NCBI GenBank assembly: GCA_963782545.1
Contig: CAWAKD010000006.1
Span: 71,309-135,308, forward strand
DNA from: an uncultured delta proteobacterium
GTDB lineage: Bacteria > Myxococcota_A > Polyangia > Fen-1088
Direction of reading: 5' to 3'
DNA length: 64,000 nt
Positions 9,040 to 18,812 of this stretch are shown here, piece after piece (position 1 is the stretch's first letter; the number at the start of each line of letters is the position of its first letter). A program made the translations under genes and the position numbers. Under the pieces are notes generated by a model. It did no database searches. It was not told where the DNA came from and was given only the letters and a program-made list of their open reading frames with translations.

Positions 9040-10599
9040 ATGACCCCTGGAGCAATCATCGGCGCAATCCTGGCAGCGGCGATAGCCGGGGTGGTCGCGT
9101 TCCTGATTGGACGTCTGTCCAAGCGGGATTCGGTGCCGGAAAGCGAAGAAGATCGGAAGCGGGCGCTCGCCGCCGCGACCAGCGAGGCCGACGCCATCAA
9201 GCGTCAGGCGCAGGTCGAAGCCAAGGAGGGCGCCCAGAAGATCCGCAACGAGGTCGAGAGCGAAATTCGCTCCCGGCGCCAGGAACTGGATCGTGGCGCC
9301 GCCGAGATCCGCGCCCGGGTGGAGGCCGCCGAGCGCCGCGAACGCGAGACGAAGGCCGAGCGCGAGAATCTCTTGCGCAAGGAGAAGCAACTCCTGGCGC
9401 GCGAGCAGGCGGCCGAAACCGTGGCGAGAACGGCAGCCACGGCCGCCGCGGAGGCGCGGGCGCGGCTGGAAAAGATCGCCGGCATGGGTGAGGCCGAGGC
9501 GCGCAAGCTTCTCGCCGCCGAGGTCCAGGAGGAGGCCCGCGCGGCAGCGGCCAGCGAGGTCAAGCGCATCGAGGAAGAAGCCCAAGCGCAGGCCAAGCAA
9601 AAAGCCCAGCTCATCCTGGGGGCGGCGGTCCAGCGCTACGCCAGCGAGTACGTGGCCGAGCGCACGGTGGCCGTCGTGCCCTTGCCTTCGGACGACATGA
9701 AGGGGAGGATCATCGGGCGCGAGGGGCGTAACATCCGCGCCCTGGAATCCGCCACCGGCGTCGATCTGATTATCGATGACACACCCGAGGCGGTCGTCAT
9801 CTCCTGCTTCAATCCCGTGCGGCGCGAGATCGCGCGTCTGGCTCTGACCCGGCTCATCGCCGACGGACGCATCCATCCCACCCGCATCGAAGACATGGTG
9901 CGCAAGGCCACCGACGAGGTGGAGCAGCAGTGCAAGGAGGCCGGCGATCAGGCCGCGTTCGATCTGGGCATCGGCCGCCTGCACCCGGATCTCGGCCGCC
10001 TTCTCGGCAAGTTGCGCTTCCGTTCGGGAACCGCGCGGAATCTGCTGCAACACTCCATCGAGGTCGGTTTCCTCGCCGGCACCATCGCGGGCGAGCTCGG
10101 GTATCCGGTCAAGCTCGCCCGCCGCGCCGGGCTCTTGCATGACATTGGTTGCGGCGTCGACCAGGAGGTGGATGGCTCGCACGCCGTGGCGGGCGCGGTC
10201 ATGGCGCGCAAGTTCGGCGAGGCGCCCAAGATCTGTCACGCCATCGAGGCCCATCACGGCGAAGTGCCGGCCGAGGACGTGCTGGATCACATCGTGGACG
10301 CCGCCAACGTGCTCGCCAACCAGCGGCCAGGGGCACGGCGCGAGTCGCTCGAATCCTACGTGCAGCGACTCGACGATCTGGAGAAGATCGCGTCCAGCTT
10401 CGCCGGTGTGGAACGCGCCTTCGCCATCCAGGCCGGCCGCGAGGTGCGCGTTCTGGTGGAGAACACCAAGGTGAGCGACGAGCAGGCGCGCCTTCTGTCC
10501 AAGGACATCGCGCGCAAGGTGGAGTCGCAGCTGGCCTACCCGGGTCAGATCCGCGTGTCGGTCGTGCGCGAGACGCGCGCGGTGGACTTCGCCAAGTAG
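9040..10599 (+). CDS. rny: Ribonuclease Y
   Basis: N-terminal TM, coiled coil, KH domain (GRIIGREGRNIRALE) and HD domain (HSIEVGFLAG...HDIG). Confidence 0.9.
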   Translation: MTPGAIIGAILAAAIAGVVAFLIGRLSKRDSVPESEEDRKRALAAATSEADAIKRQAQVEAKEGAQKIRNEVESEIRSRRQELDRGAAEIRARVEAAERRERETKAERENLLRKEKQLLAREQAAETVARTAATAAAEARARLEKIAGMGEAEARKLLAAEVQEEARAAAASEVKRIEEEAQAQAKQKAQLILGAAVQRYASEYVAERTVAVVPLPSDDMKGRIIGREGRNIRALESATGVDLIIDDTPEAVVISCFNPVRREIARLALTRLIADGRIHPTRIEDMVRKATDEVEQQCKEAGDQAAFDLGIGRLHPDLGRLLGKLRFRSGTARNLLQHSIEVGFLAGTIAGELGYPVKLARRAGLLHDIGCGVDQEVDGSHAVAGAVMARKFGEAPKICHAIEAHHGEVPAEDVLDHIVDAANVLANQRPGARRESLESYVQRLDDLEKIASSFAGVERAFAIQAGREVRVLVENTKVSDEQARLLSKDIARKVESQLAYPGQIRVSVVRETRAVDFAK

Positions 10600-10645
10600 C
10601 GATCTCTTTTTTTGACGAACGCCATCTCCGGTCCAAGATCCGTCC

Positions 10646-11392
10646 ATGAACCGTCGCACTGCTCTTCTTGGCGTGGTTGCACTTGCGGGCTGTGGCAGCC
10701 AACCGGGTTCCTTGACCCCGGCCGAATACTGCAACCAGTACGCGCAGGACGTGTGCGCGGCAGTTGCGGCCGCGTGTCTCGTGCCGGAGGCCAGTTGTTC
10801 GACCGGCCAACTCGTCGCGTGCAACGCCGACGCGCAGAGCAAAGCGGGCCTGGACTTCATCCCGTCGAATGCCCAGACCTGTCTGAACAAGGTGAAAGCC
10901 ACCTACGGAAAGTTGAACCAGGGCTTGGCGATCCCCGCGGCGGATTTCCAGGCCATGAACGAAGCTTGCAGCCAGGTCTACCGGGGCACGAAAGTGGCCA
11001 ATGCATCATGTGCCGGTGACGCCGAGTGCATCAGCGGCTTGATCTGCGACAAGGGCCATTGCGGGACGGCGGCTGTGGTCGCGCCGGGGGCTGGTTGCGC
11101 CAATATCGGAGAGACGTGCCCGCAGGGCTTCTACTGTAGCGACGCCAGCAGCATTTGGGTGTGCGCGAGCAAGGTCTCTCTGGGCATGGCGTGCGACGAT
11201 GCGCTCCCTTGCCTGGAGAACCTGCGCTGCGCCGCGGGTGTCTGCACCGCGCGACTTGGCATCAGCGAGGACTGCACCCTCGACCAAGATTGCAGCAGCG
11301 GATTCTGCGAACCCTACGCGCTCAAGTGCGCGCAAGAATTACGTTTCGCCAGCGGTAACGTCGATTGCACGGCCATGGGTGGCAGCGGCTGA
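10646..11392 (+). CDS. Cysteine-rich secreted lipoprotein
   Basis: Lipobox LAGCGS. About 30 Cys residues in repeated C-x-x-G-x-C spacing. Confidence 0.6.
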   Translation: MNRRTALLGVVALAGCGSQPGSLTPAEYCNQYAQDVCAAVAAACLVPEASCSTGQLVACNADAQSKAGLDFIPSNAQTCLNKVKATYGKLNQGLAIPAADFQAMNEACSQVYRGTKVANASCAGDAECISGLICDKGHCGTAAVVAPGAGCANIGETCPQGFYCSDASSIWVCASKVSLGMACDDALPCLENLRCAAGVCTARLGISEDCTLDQDCSSGFCEPYALKCAQELRFASGNVDCTAMGGSG

Positions 11393-11394
11393 TC

Positions 11395-11619
11395 TCATTT
11401 CCCGCATTCGCAGTCGCTGACCAGCAGGATCTCCGAGCGTAGGGTGGCCGGAGAGAGTCGCGTCGTCATGCAGATGCAACGCTCGGCTTCGCTCTCGATG
11501 GAGGAGGCGAAGTCCGACAGGTCATACCTCGATGGAGGGGGCGCGTTGGGGGGGTGGTGCAAGACTTGCGGCACGGTCAAGCGCAGCATCTCAGCCAGGA
11601 CCAAGGTCGTGAGCATCAT
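11395..11619 (-). CDS. Small hypothetical protein (74 aa) with a Cys-containing C-terminus
   Basis: GGAGGG RBS 6 nt upstream of ATGATG. Downstream of, and co-oriented with, pfkA. The sequence ends ...CICMTT...DCECGK. Confidence 0.4.
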   Translation of the reverse strand: MMLTTLVLAEMLRLTVPQVLHHPPNAPPPSRYDLSDFASSIESEAERCICMTTRLSPATLRSEILLVSDCECGK

Positions 11620-11706
11620 GGTCGTCCCTCCGTCGTGAAAGCAAAGAGAATGTTACTCTCCTTGCGCGCGTTCGGCGCAAGTCCTCGATTCGGGCGGGCA
11701 GCTCGC

Positions 11707-12798
11707 CTAGTCGCCGAAGCAGGTGCCCACGGCGCGCGCGGTGCGCACCAGCGGATCGTCGGGCGCGACCGTGCGCTGTTTGCCGGCGACGCTGCAGATG
11801 GGGATCTCGGCCAGACGGCCGTCTTGTTGCACGACCAGTTGGCCGTGCGCGCCCGCCATCAAGATCTCGAGTGCATGGCAACCGAACTGGGTGGCCAGGA
11901 CGCGATCCGCGGGCGTGGGTGAACCGCCGCGCTGAATGTGGCCGAGAACGGTGGCGCGCGCGTCGAGCTTGGTCGACTCCTCGATGTCGGCGACCAACTT
12001 GTTGGCGATGCCGCCCAGCCGGATGGGATCGGGGCTGGTTTCCACGCGACGCTGGATCACGACCTCGCCACCCTTCGGCTTCGCGCCCTCGGATACGCAG
12101 ATGATGGAAAATCGCTTGCCGCTCTTGCTGCGCCGGCGAAGCACGTCGGCGACGATTTCTAGGTCGTAGGGGATTTCGGGTATCAGGATCACGTCGGCGC
12201 CCGAGGCCACGCCGGTGTGCAGGGCCAGCCAGCCGGCATTGCGGCCCATCACTTCCACCACCATCACGCGGTGGTGGCTCATGGCCGTGGTGTGGATCTT
12301 GTCGAAGCACTCGGTGGCGGTGTCCACGGCGGTGTCGAAGCCGAAGGTGCGTTCGCAGCCCATGAGGTCGTTGTCGATGGTCTTGGGCACGCCGATGCAA
12401 TTGATGCCACTGTCGATCAGGTTCGCGGCCCCGGTCATGGTGCCGTCGCCGCCGATGCAGATCAGGGCGTCGAGCTCGCTGGCGCGCACGTGATCGATCA
12501 CGCGGTCGGTGACGTCGACCCACTCGGTCTTGCCGTGGCGCTCGATGGCGAAACGCTGCGGATTGGCCTGGTTGCTGGTGCCGAGGATGGTCCCGCCCAG
12601 GGTGAGGATGTTCGAAACGTCGTTCCACTGGAGCTGGCGCATGCGGTTCTGGATGAGGCCGAGGAAGCCGTCCTCGACCCCGACGACTTCCAGCTTGTGC
12701 TCGTGGATGGCGGCCTTGGTCACCGCCCGGATCACGGCGTTCAGGCCAGGGCAATCGCCGCCGCCCGTCAGGACACCGATGCGTTTGATGTTTCCCAT
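11707..12798 (-). CDS. pfkA: 6-phosphofructokinase (ATP/PPi-PFK family)
   Basis: GGDCPGLNAVIRAV...IGGDGT...GVPKTIDNDL...MGR are PFK signatures. Confidence 0.9.
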   Translation of the reverse strand: MGNIKRIGVLTGGGDCPGLNAVIRAVTKAAIHEHKLEVVGVEDGFLGLIQNRMRQLQWNDVSNILTLGGTILGTSNQANPQRFAIERHGKTEWVDVTDRVIDHVRASELDALICIGGDGTMTGAANLIDSGINCIGVPKTIDNDLMGCERTFGFDTAVDTATECFDKIHTTAMSHHRVMVVEVMGRNAGWLALHTGVASGADVILIPEIPYDLEIVADVLRRRSKSGKRFSIICVSEGAKPKGGEVVIQRRVETSPDPIRLGGIANKLVADIEESTKLDARATVLGHIQRGGSPTPADRVLATQFGCHALEILMAGAHGQLVVQQDGRLAEIPICSVAGKQRTVAPDDPLVRTARAVGTCFGD

Positions 12799-12860
12799 GG
12801 GGCGCGATGCTAGCGCCTACTCTCACCTGCCGTCTAGCAAAGGCGGGATCCCAGGTGAGG

Positions 12861-13145
12861 TCACATGTCCTCCATGGTCTTGACGATCTCGACCTCGAAA
12901 CCCGCCCGGATCTCGATGAGCGATGGATACGCCGCGCGTGGCACGCTGAGGATGGCTTCGCCTTCTGGCCCCGAAAGTCCGCCCCTCACATCATCGGGCG
13001 TGAATTGCAAGTGCTTGACGGGCACCCAGCCATCGCTGGTGGCCTTGGCGGGGCTGGCGTCCCGCGCGTGGGCTGCGCCGGCAAGCAGCAGCAACGCGGA
13101 AAGCGCGACCGTACGGGCAAAGCGGATCATGCCTGTGTTCTTCAT
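12861..13145 (-). CDS. Small secreted hypothetical protein
   Basis: AGGAGG RBS. Signal peptide MKNTGMIRFARTVALSALLLLAGAAHA. Start trimmed to the ATG at 13145. Confidence 0.5.
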   Translation of the reverse strand: MKNTGMIRFARTVALSALLLLAGAAHARDASPAKATSDGWVPVKHLQFTPDDVRGGLSGPEGEAILSVPRAAYPSLIEIRAGFEVEIVKTMEDM

Positions 13146-13297
13146 GACGTTCCTCCTGCGTGGATCAACGAGCAATCGCGGGTTTCGTTCCGCCGTCCGT
13201 GGCGGTCCGGTCCGACGGCTGATGGCGCGTAGAAACGCCGGGTTCCGGAGCGTATGCTCACGAACAAGTTCGTGACCACCCTGCGCGCCCTCCCATC

Positions 13298-14212
13298 ATG
13301 ATCCGTCGAAGCCTACACTTCGGCGAAGGCCTCGTTCACCGCATGGGAGCGCGGGCCCAGCTTTTCGCGGCGGCCGTTCTCTTCGGATTGCTTGCCGCGC
13401 TCACGCGCAGCACGGCGGCGGGGGGCTTTTCCGTGGGGCAGATCTCCACGATTCGATTTGCCACGGGAGCAGTGCTTACGCTCGGCTTGTTCGTCGCCCG
13501 GCCCGGCACCTTCGCGCCGGTGAGACACGGGCTTCTCGTCGCGCGCGGTGCGCTCGGCGGGCTGGCGGCGTTCTTGTATTTCGTCGCGCTTTCGCGCATC
13601 CCGGCCGGGGAAGCGACACTGCTCAACAACACATTCCCGATCCTGGCCACGGCCCTCGCTTTCATCTCACTGCACGAGCGACCCACCATTCACCTCGCCG
13701 TGGGCCTGGCAATTGCCAGTGCCGGCGTGCTCTTGGTACTGGGTCGAGGAACCGCCTCGTTCTCCCTGGGATGGGGCGAGATGGCAGGTATCGCCTCGGC
13801 TATCCTGGGCGCGGGCGCGGTCACGACAATCCGGGCCTTGCGTGCCACCGACAACGCCCCCACGATCTTCTTCGCATTTTGCCTGGGCGGTCTGATTGTC
13901 TCCATTCCCTTCGCACTCGGGCCATGGCCGACGGGCACGGCGCTTTGGGGTGTTGCCTTGGGTGGCGTCGGGCTGACCTCGTTTGGCGCACAAATGCTCA
14001 TGACCCATGCCTACGGGGGGCTCACCGTCCCCGAGGCGGCCATATGGCAACAACTCACACCGGTCGCGAGCTACCTCTGGGCGCTGGCCATCCTCGACGA
14101 GCGACTCGCCCCGCTTGCCGTGCTGGGCGTTTTCTTGGGCCTTTCGGGCGTCGTCTACGGATCGGTCTGGGGGCGCGAGGGCACGACAACGGCGCCACCC
14201 TTCGATGCGTGA
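13298..14212 (+). CDS. DMT superfamily (EamA-like) transporter
   Basis: About 10 transmembrane segments in a duplicated EamA arrangement. Confidence 0.75.
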   Translation: MIRRSLHFGEGLVHRMGARAQLFAAAVLFGLLAALTRSTAAGGFSVGQISTIRFATGAVLTLGLFVARPGTFAPVRHGLLVARGALGGLAAFLYFVALSRIPAGEATLLNNTFPILATALAFISLHERPTIHLAVGLAIASAGVLLVLGRGTASFSLGWGEMAGIASAILGAGAVTTIRALRATDNAPTIFFAFCLGGLIVSIPFALGPWPTGTALWGVALGGVGLTSFGAQMLMTHAYGGLTVPEAAIWQQLTPVASYLWALAILDERLAPLAVLGVFLGLSGVVYGSVWGREGTTTAPPFDA

Positions 14213-14305
14213 ATCTTTTCGCTAGTGGCTGTTTGCGCTGGCGATTGGCCGCCGTGCCCACGCGCGGTGGCGTGCGCGAAGCACTGTCCAATTGATCAGC
14301 TCCGC

Positions 14306-15655
14306 CTAATGCAGCCAGGCTGTCCCACGATTGTCGTGGCGAAGGCTAGGCCACGATGAATTGGCCAGCCCAGGACTGCAGGTTTGGATGGCGAGCAGGT
14401 CCTTCTGCCCCTCCTCACCTGCTCGCACGAGATAGAGTACGCCGTCGGAGTCCAGCACGGCGTGTCCTGAGGCGCAGTATCCGCCCAGGTCCAGATGCCA
14501 CAGCTCCGTCAGATCGGGAGTGTAGGCGACGAGCCGGCTCGTCGGTTTGGCTGCGTACTTGCAAAGGATGGTGTAGATGGTGCCGTCGCGGCCGGCGGCA
14601 AACGGCTGTCCATCCACCGGCAGTGGCCCGACTCTTCTCTGCCCGTTAGCATCGTAGAGTGAGAGGAGCGAGATCGGTGTGGGGGCAGACGTGCCCTCTG
14701 TCCGGAGGGCCGAGGTGACGAGCAGATCGCCCTCGGTGATGATCCCCGAAGGGATAGCCCCCGACGTTCCCTCGACAAAGGAACCGCGCCGCCTGCCGCA
14801 GGAATCGAGCGCGAGCGTGTCGGCAAACGAGATGCCCGCTTTCCAGCCAAGACAGAAGCCGGCTAGCCCTCCTCGAAAGTCGTGTCCTTCGCTGACCTTG
14901 AACGTTCCAAGATGAGCGCCGGTCTTTGTCTCGTAGACCGCAAAGCCCATGGTGTGCGAGTACACGAAGACCGCGCTCCCCGCCCCGCCGAGAACTTGGG
15001 CCGGGTCGGGATACGAGGCTGGCACGCTATGGCTCCAGATCTCTCCCCCGTCTTTGGCCCGAATGGCGCGGAGCTTGTCGTCGAATCCCACGCCATAGAG
15101 GACGCCATCAGTATCCAACGCGAGCGGACCGGGGGATGGCGTCATCCCGACTCGCCATGCTCCGTGTGATTTGTGCCAGCCCAGCCTCTTGTCGGGATCC
15201 AAGGAAAAGACACCTGCTGCCGCCGCGTAATAGACATTTCCGCCGTCGCCGCCCGTCAGTGCAGAGACCTCAGAGCCCCAGGGAATGCCAGCGTACTCCG
15301 TTCGCTGACCCTGCTTGTCGAAGAACACGACCCGCGGTCCAGCCCGAACGGCCAACCGCTGTCCAGCCATGACTGGGCCATCGCAGTCGACCCGAAAGCA
15401 AGCAGTGACTCCGCCCGTCTTCCCAACCCAAAGAAGCTTCGGGCAGTCCACGGCCAGGGACGCCTTCTTGGCGGGCTGAAGCGATGGGGCAGACGGCCAA
15501 TCCGGGATGCATCTGGTCAAGCGGGAGCCTGCAAGGCCGCCTGTCCCGCATCCCCTCCCGCACGAGGAGAGACATGCGGGGCAAAGCAGCGTAGCGAGCA
15601 ACCCGAACGCGAGTCGTGTCACCTTCGTTGAGCTTGCGTGGGCAATCGAGGACAT
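14306..15655 (-). CDS. Secreted PQQ-like beta-propeller repeat protein (BamB/YVTN-like)
   Basis: Signal peptide. Repeated ...G.VY.....G.L.A.D..TG...W blades (DTDGVLYGVGFDDKLRAIRAKDGGEIWS ; DSDGVLYLVRAGEEGQKDLLAI). Confidence 0.7.
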   Translation of the reverse strand: MSSIAHASSTKVTRLAFGLLATLLCPACLSSCGRGCGTGGLAGSRLTRCIPDWPSAPSLQPAKKASLAVDCPKLLWVGKTGGVTACFRVDCDGPVMAGQRLAVRAGPRVVFFDKQGQRTEYAGIPWGSEVSALTGGDGGNVYYAAAAGVFSLDPDKRLGWHKSHGAWRVGMTPSPGPLALDTDGVLYGVGFDDKLRAIRAKDGGEIWSHSVPASYPDPAQVLGGAGSAVFVYSHTMGFAVYETKTGAHLGTFKVSEGHDFRGGLAGFCLGWKAGISFADTLALDSCGRRRGSFVEGTSGAIPSGIITEGDLLVTSALRTEGTSAPTPISLLSLYDANGQRRVGPLPVDGQPFAAGRDGTIYTILCKYAAKPTSRLVAYTPDLTELWHLDLGGYCASGHAVLDSDGVLYLVRAGEEGQKDLLAIQTCSPGLANSSWPSLRHDNRGTAWLH

Positions 15656-15723
15656 ACCAATGAGCGAACAGACTCAATAGGCCCGCTCGCTACTCCATAG
15701 GCCAAGCGAAGCAGCAGGTCATC

Positions 15724-18700
15724 CTAAGGGGAATATTGCGTCAGAGCCCAAGCCATGTGGTTTGCAATGAAGTCTTCGTCGTCGAAATCGGTCTGGTCGA
15801 GGTTGTAGATGCCGTCTGCATTCGGATAGAAGGTGGTCCAGGGGAGGTTTTCCTTGCAAAGAAGCCCCTCGCCTGGGAGTTCCCCATCGGCTTCATTGAT
15901 CTCCGCCGCCCCCCTGATCTTGCCGTCGAAGGTGACCAAGGAGGTTCCACCTATCGGATTATTGTAGACGTTGCCAAAGTAGGTGGGCGTGACAAAAGCG
16001 AGTGCATGGGTGGGACGAGAGCCGGTGCCGTTCCACGGCGCGTTGCCACGCGTGAACGTAATGAACTGAGCCGTCCCCACAACCCCGTTGCCCTTGAACG
16101 CCAGATAGAAGCGCCCTTCAGTGCCTTCCGGAAGGAAGGCCAGACTCACACTCCCTGGAACACTTACCCTCACCTGGGGGACAGGCGGGGCTGGCGGCGG
16201 AGGCGAAGGTGGAGTCGGAGTAGCAAGAATTCTGTCGAAACCGGGTAAGTCCGCCCAGATACCAGGATCGAGCTTCGACCAAGTCGAGGTGTAGATCTGT
16301 TGTCCAGCTATCGGGTTAGGGCCGGTACGCTCCAGCCGCGCGATTTCCATGATTGGAAGAGCTCCGGAGGTAGGATCCGACAAAAGGGAGGGGATGACCG
16401 CGAAGATGCTGGTCTGGCCAGGGGGATCGGTGGACAGGCGTCCCTTCGTCACGCCGATGCCGATATCCACTCCAGTCACCGCGATCTTGTCGCCGGTGGA
16501 CCAGTACTCATCGGCCCCAAAGACGACAACGCTACCGGATGTCAGATCGTACTCCCATCGCTTGAGGTAGTAATTGCCGTCGGGCGATAGGCCTGGCGCG
16601 AATATCAGCACTCTGTTACTCAGGTCGTCCTTTATCGCTATTGGTGATGCACTGACCGAGGCGCCGAATAGGGGCCAAAGACCTTGGAAGGCATTCGGGT
16701 CGATTTCCGGCAACCCGCCCGCCGTCGTCCACTTGGTCTTCAACAGGTAGAGCTGCCCGGTGCCGTCCGCATAAACGACGACGTCGCCCGCCGCTGTCGG
16801 ACTGCGAGCCCCGTCGGGAGCAGGCACCATGCCAATTTGAGCCTCTTTGGTGTTGAAGGTCGCACACTTCTCGTGCCCCGGGTTCGCGCATTGACTCAGG
16901 TCAACGACTCCCACATACATTTGGCCATTGGGCACTAGTGGGTTCTGAGGGCCTGGAGGATTGGTTACGCAGGCTTCCTGGTCTCGCATGGGGCCAACCA
17001 CCACCAGCCCCTGATCCATGACAGCAACCGCCCCATGCAGGGCCCGCACGAACCACTTGTTGGCGCGAACGTTGTAGGGGGCAAGATTGCAGTCCTTGGC
17101 GCCTTCGTAGTTCAGAACCGCTTGGACCGTTGTGCCCTGTGGAGCGATGTCCCCGTCCATGTTCCAGTCAACCGAGCCGTTCGGCTTGACCTCGCGGTCG
17201 AAGTAGGAGGAGGACTGAAGATAGTCGGCCAGTTGGCTCCCGACGTTGGCCACCCCTATGCCGGCGTATTCGTCCAATCGCGTCGGGTTGAGAACGAGAT
17301 TCTTGTAGGTGCCTGGGGAGTAAGGCCCGAGCACGGCCGAGGGATAGCCGCCTAGCTCCATGGCACCTTGATATCCATAGTTCATCTGGCTCAGATACTG
17401 GGGTTTGCAGTTCGCCTTGCCTGACTCCTCTTGTCCACTGTCTGGGATTCCGAAGAAGTGACCGGTTTCGTGGGCAAAGGTCAGGGCATTGCCACCTTCG
17501 GTAATTCCACTGCACGCGCCCGTATTCTGGCCAGCACCCCCGTTAAACAAGCGAATGTGATAGAAAGTGTTAGCTCGTGAGGGGGAGAAGCCATCACAGT
17601 AGCCCCCTGGGACCGTCAGCAGTTCCGCTCCACCCCAGCTTCCAGAAACCGTAGGATCCGTGGATGACGTGTTGCCCGTGTCGATGTGAACGTTGATGTG
17701 GAGCTTGGTACCCTTCCCCATCACCCGATGAATTGCGTCGGCCGCCTGCGGGGTCATCTGGTACCCCTGCTCCCAGTCTGCCTCCACGAAGAGGTCTCGC
17801 TGCAGCGGATTCGCGCCATAGTAGTGGAATTTGAGCAGGTTCTTTCTCGTGGTCTCGTGTGCTGGGTCGTCAGCCCCACCTACCACCTCCAAAAGGTCGG
17901 GGAGTCCGTCGCCGTCCACGTCATCATCGTCACAGTCAGGTTTGCCGTCTCCGTCCGTGTCCCTGCCGGGGTCGTTTGGATCGCAGGTTCCCACCAGCAC
18001 TTCCATGGCGTCGCCCATCCCATCGCCATCGCGGTCTGGTCCGGTGTGGCCGCCTTCAGCGTCCCACACCAGAGTTGTGCCGGCGTTGGTCGGGTCGGGC
18101 CCCGCAACACCGTCGACTAACTTGCCGGAGCGAACCGCTGCGCGGGCAACGAGGATAGAACAGTTGTTCGCGGGACAATCTTCGAACAGATGGAGCCAGG
18201 ACATCAGGGCCACGCCGTTGTCGTCGTCGTAGGCTATGGGCACGTCGCCGGCGCCCAGCACCATCAGGATGGTGTCATCGGTGCCACCCTGCTCCTCGAG
18301 GGTCGATATGTGGGTCGTGGTTGGCAGTCCCGTTGCAACGGCTGTTATGCTGGATACGCCACTGGGTGCAGGGGAGTATGAGCCGGATTGCAGAGCGACG
18401 GAGGTGTCCCCTCCCACGGTGGGGTGAAGCTCCGTCAGGCCATCGAAAATACCACTCGTGCCTGGTACACCCCTTACCACTAGGACAATGGGCCTATCCG
18501 CCGCCTGCGCGGGGAAGATCACTTGCGTTGGGGTATCGGCAACGTATCTCGCCTCTTGCAATAGGTCTTCATTCGGATACCCGAATGCGTCGACAATCAG
18601 GTCGGGATCGGGATCGGTCGTACCGGCCTTCCAGAACGTGTATGTCGCGGCGGTGTTCGCCGGCACCATGAGGAAATACTGGCTCACGGTGTCGACCCCA

Positions 18701-18798
18701 GAAAAGGGCACTATTCCGGCCGGCTGGGCGTGAGACGTTCCGGCTAAGAAGAGCAGCGAAATGGCAGAGGCGATCGAGATTATCTTGAGTGTGCGCAT
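15724..18798 (-). CDS. Secreted zinc metalloprotease (HExxHxxGxxD, snapalysin-type motif) with thrombospondin type-3-like Ca-binding repeats
   Basis: Signal peptide MRTLKIISIASAISLLFLAGTSHA. The motif HETGHFFGIPD is present. An acidic DTDGDGKPDCDDDDVDGDGLPD repeat block follows. 1024 aa. Confidence 0.8.
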   Translation of the reverse strand: MRTLKIISIASAISLLFLAGTSHAQPAGIVPFSGVDTVSQYFLMVPANTAATYTFWKAGTTDPDPDLIVDAFGYPNEDLLQEARYVADTPTQVIFPAQAADRPIVLVVRGVPGTSGIFDGLTELHPTVGGDTSVALQSGSYSPAPSGVSSITAVATGLPTTTHISTLEEQGGTDDTILMVLGAGDVPIAYDDDNGVALMSWLHLFEDCPANNCSILVARAAVRSGKLVDGVAGPDPTNAGTTLVWDAEGGHTGPDRDGDGMGDAMEVLVGTCDPNDPGRDTDGDGKPDCDDDDVDGDGLPDLLEVVGGADDPAHETTRKNLLKFHYYGANPLQRDLFVEADWEQGYQMTPQAADAIHRVMGKGTKLHINVHIDTGNTSSTDPTVSGSWGGAELLTVPGGYCDGFSPSRANTFYHIRLFNGGAGQNTGACSGITEGGNALTFAHETGHFFGIPDSGQEESGKANCKPQYLSQMNYGYQGAMELGGYPSAVLGPYSPGTYKNLVLNPTRLDEYAGIGVANVGSQLADYLQSSSYFDREVKPNGSVDWNMDGDIAPQGTTVQAVLNYEGAKDCNLAPYNVRANKWFVRALHGAVAVMDQGLVVVGPMRDQEACVTNPPGPQNPLVPNGQMYVGVVDLSQCANPGHEKCATFNTKEAQIGMVPAPDGARSPTAAGDVVVYADGTGQLYLLKTKWTTAGGLPEIDPNAFQGLWPLFGASVSASPIAIKDDLSNRVLIFAPGLSPDGNYYLKRWEYDLTSGSVVVFGADEYWSTGDKIAVTGVDIGIGVTKGRLSTDPPGQTSIFAVIPSLLSDPTSGALPIMEIARLERTGPNPIAGQQIYTSTWSKLDPGIWADLPGFDRILATPTPPSPPPPAPPVPQVRVSVPGSVSLAFLPEGTEGRFYLAFKGNGVVGTAQFITFTRGNAPWNGTGSRPTHALAFVTPTYFGNVYNNPIGGTSLVTFDGKIRGAAEINEADGELPGEGLLCKENLPWTTFYPNADGIYNLDQTDFDDEDFIANHMAWALTQYSP

Positions 18799-18812
18799 GA
18801 CATTCCTCCTGC

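Noticed and set aside
8578-10902. 774-aa minus-strand ORF
   Set aside because: Antisense to MTHFS and RNase Y, both of which have clear motifs. No features of its own.
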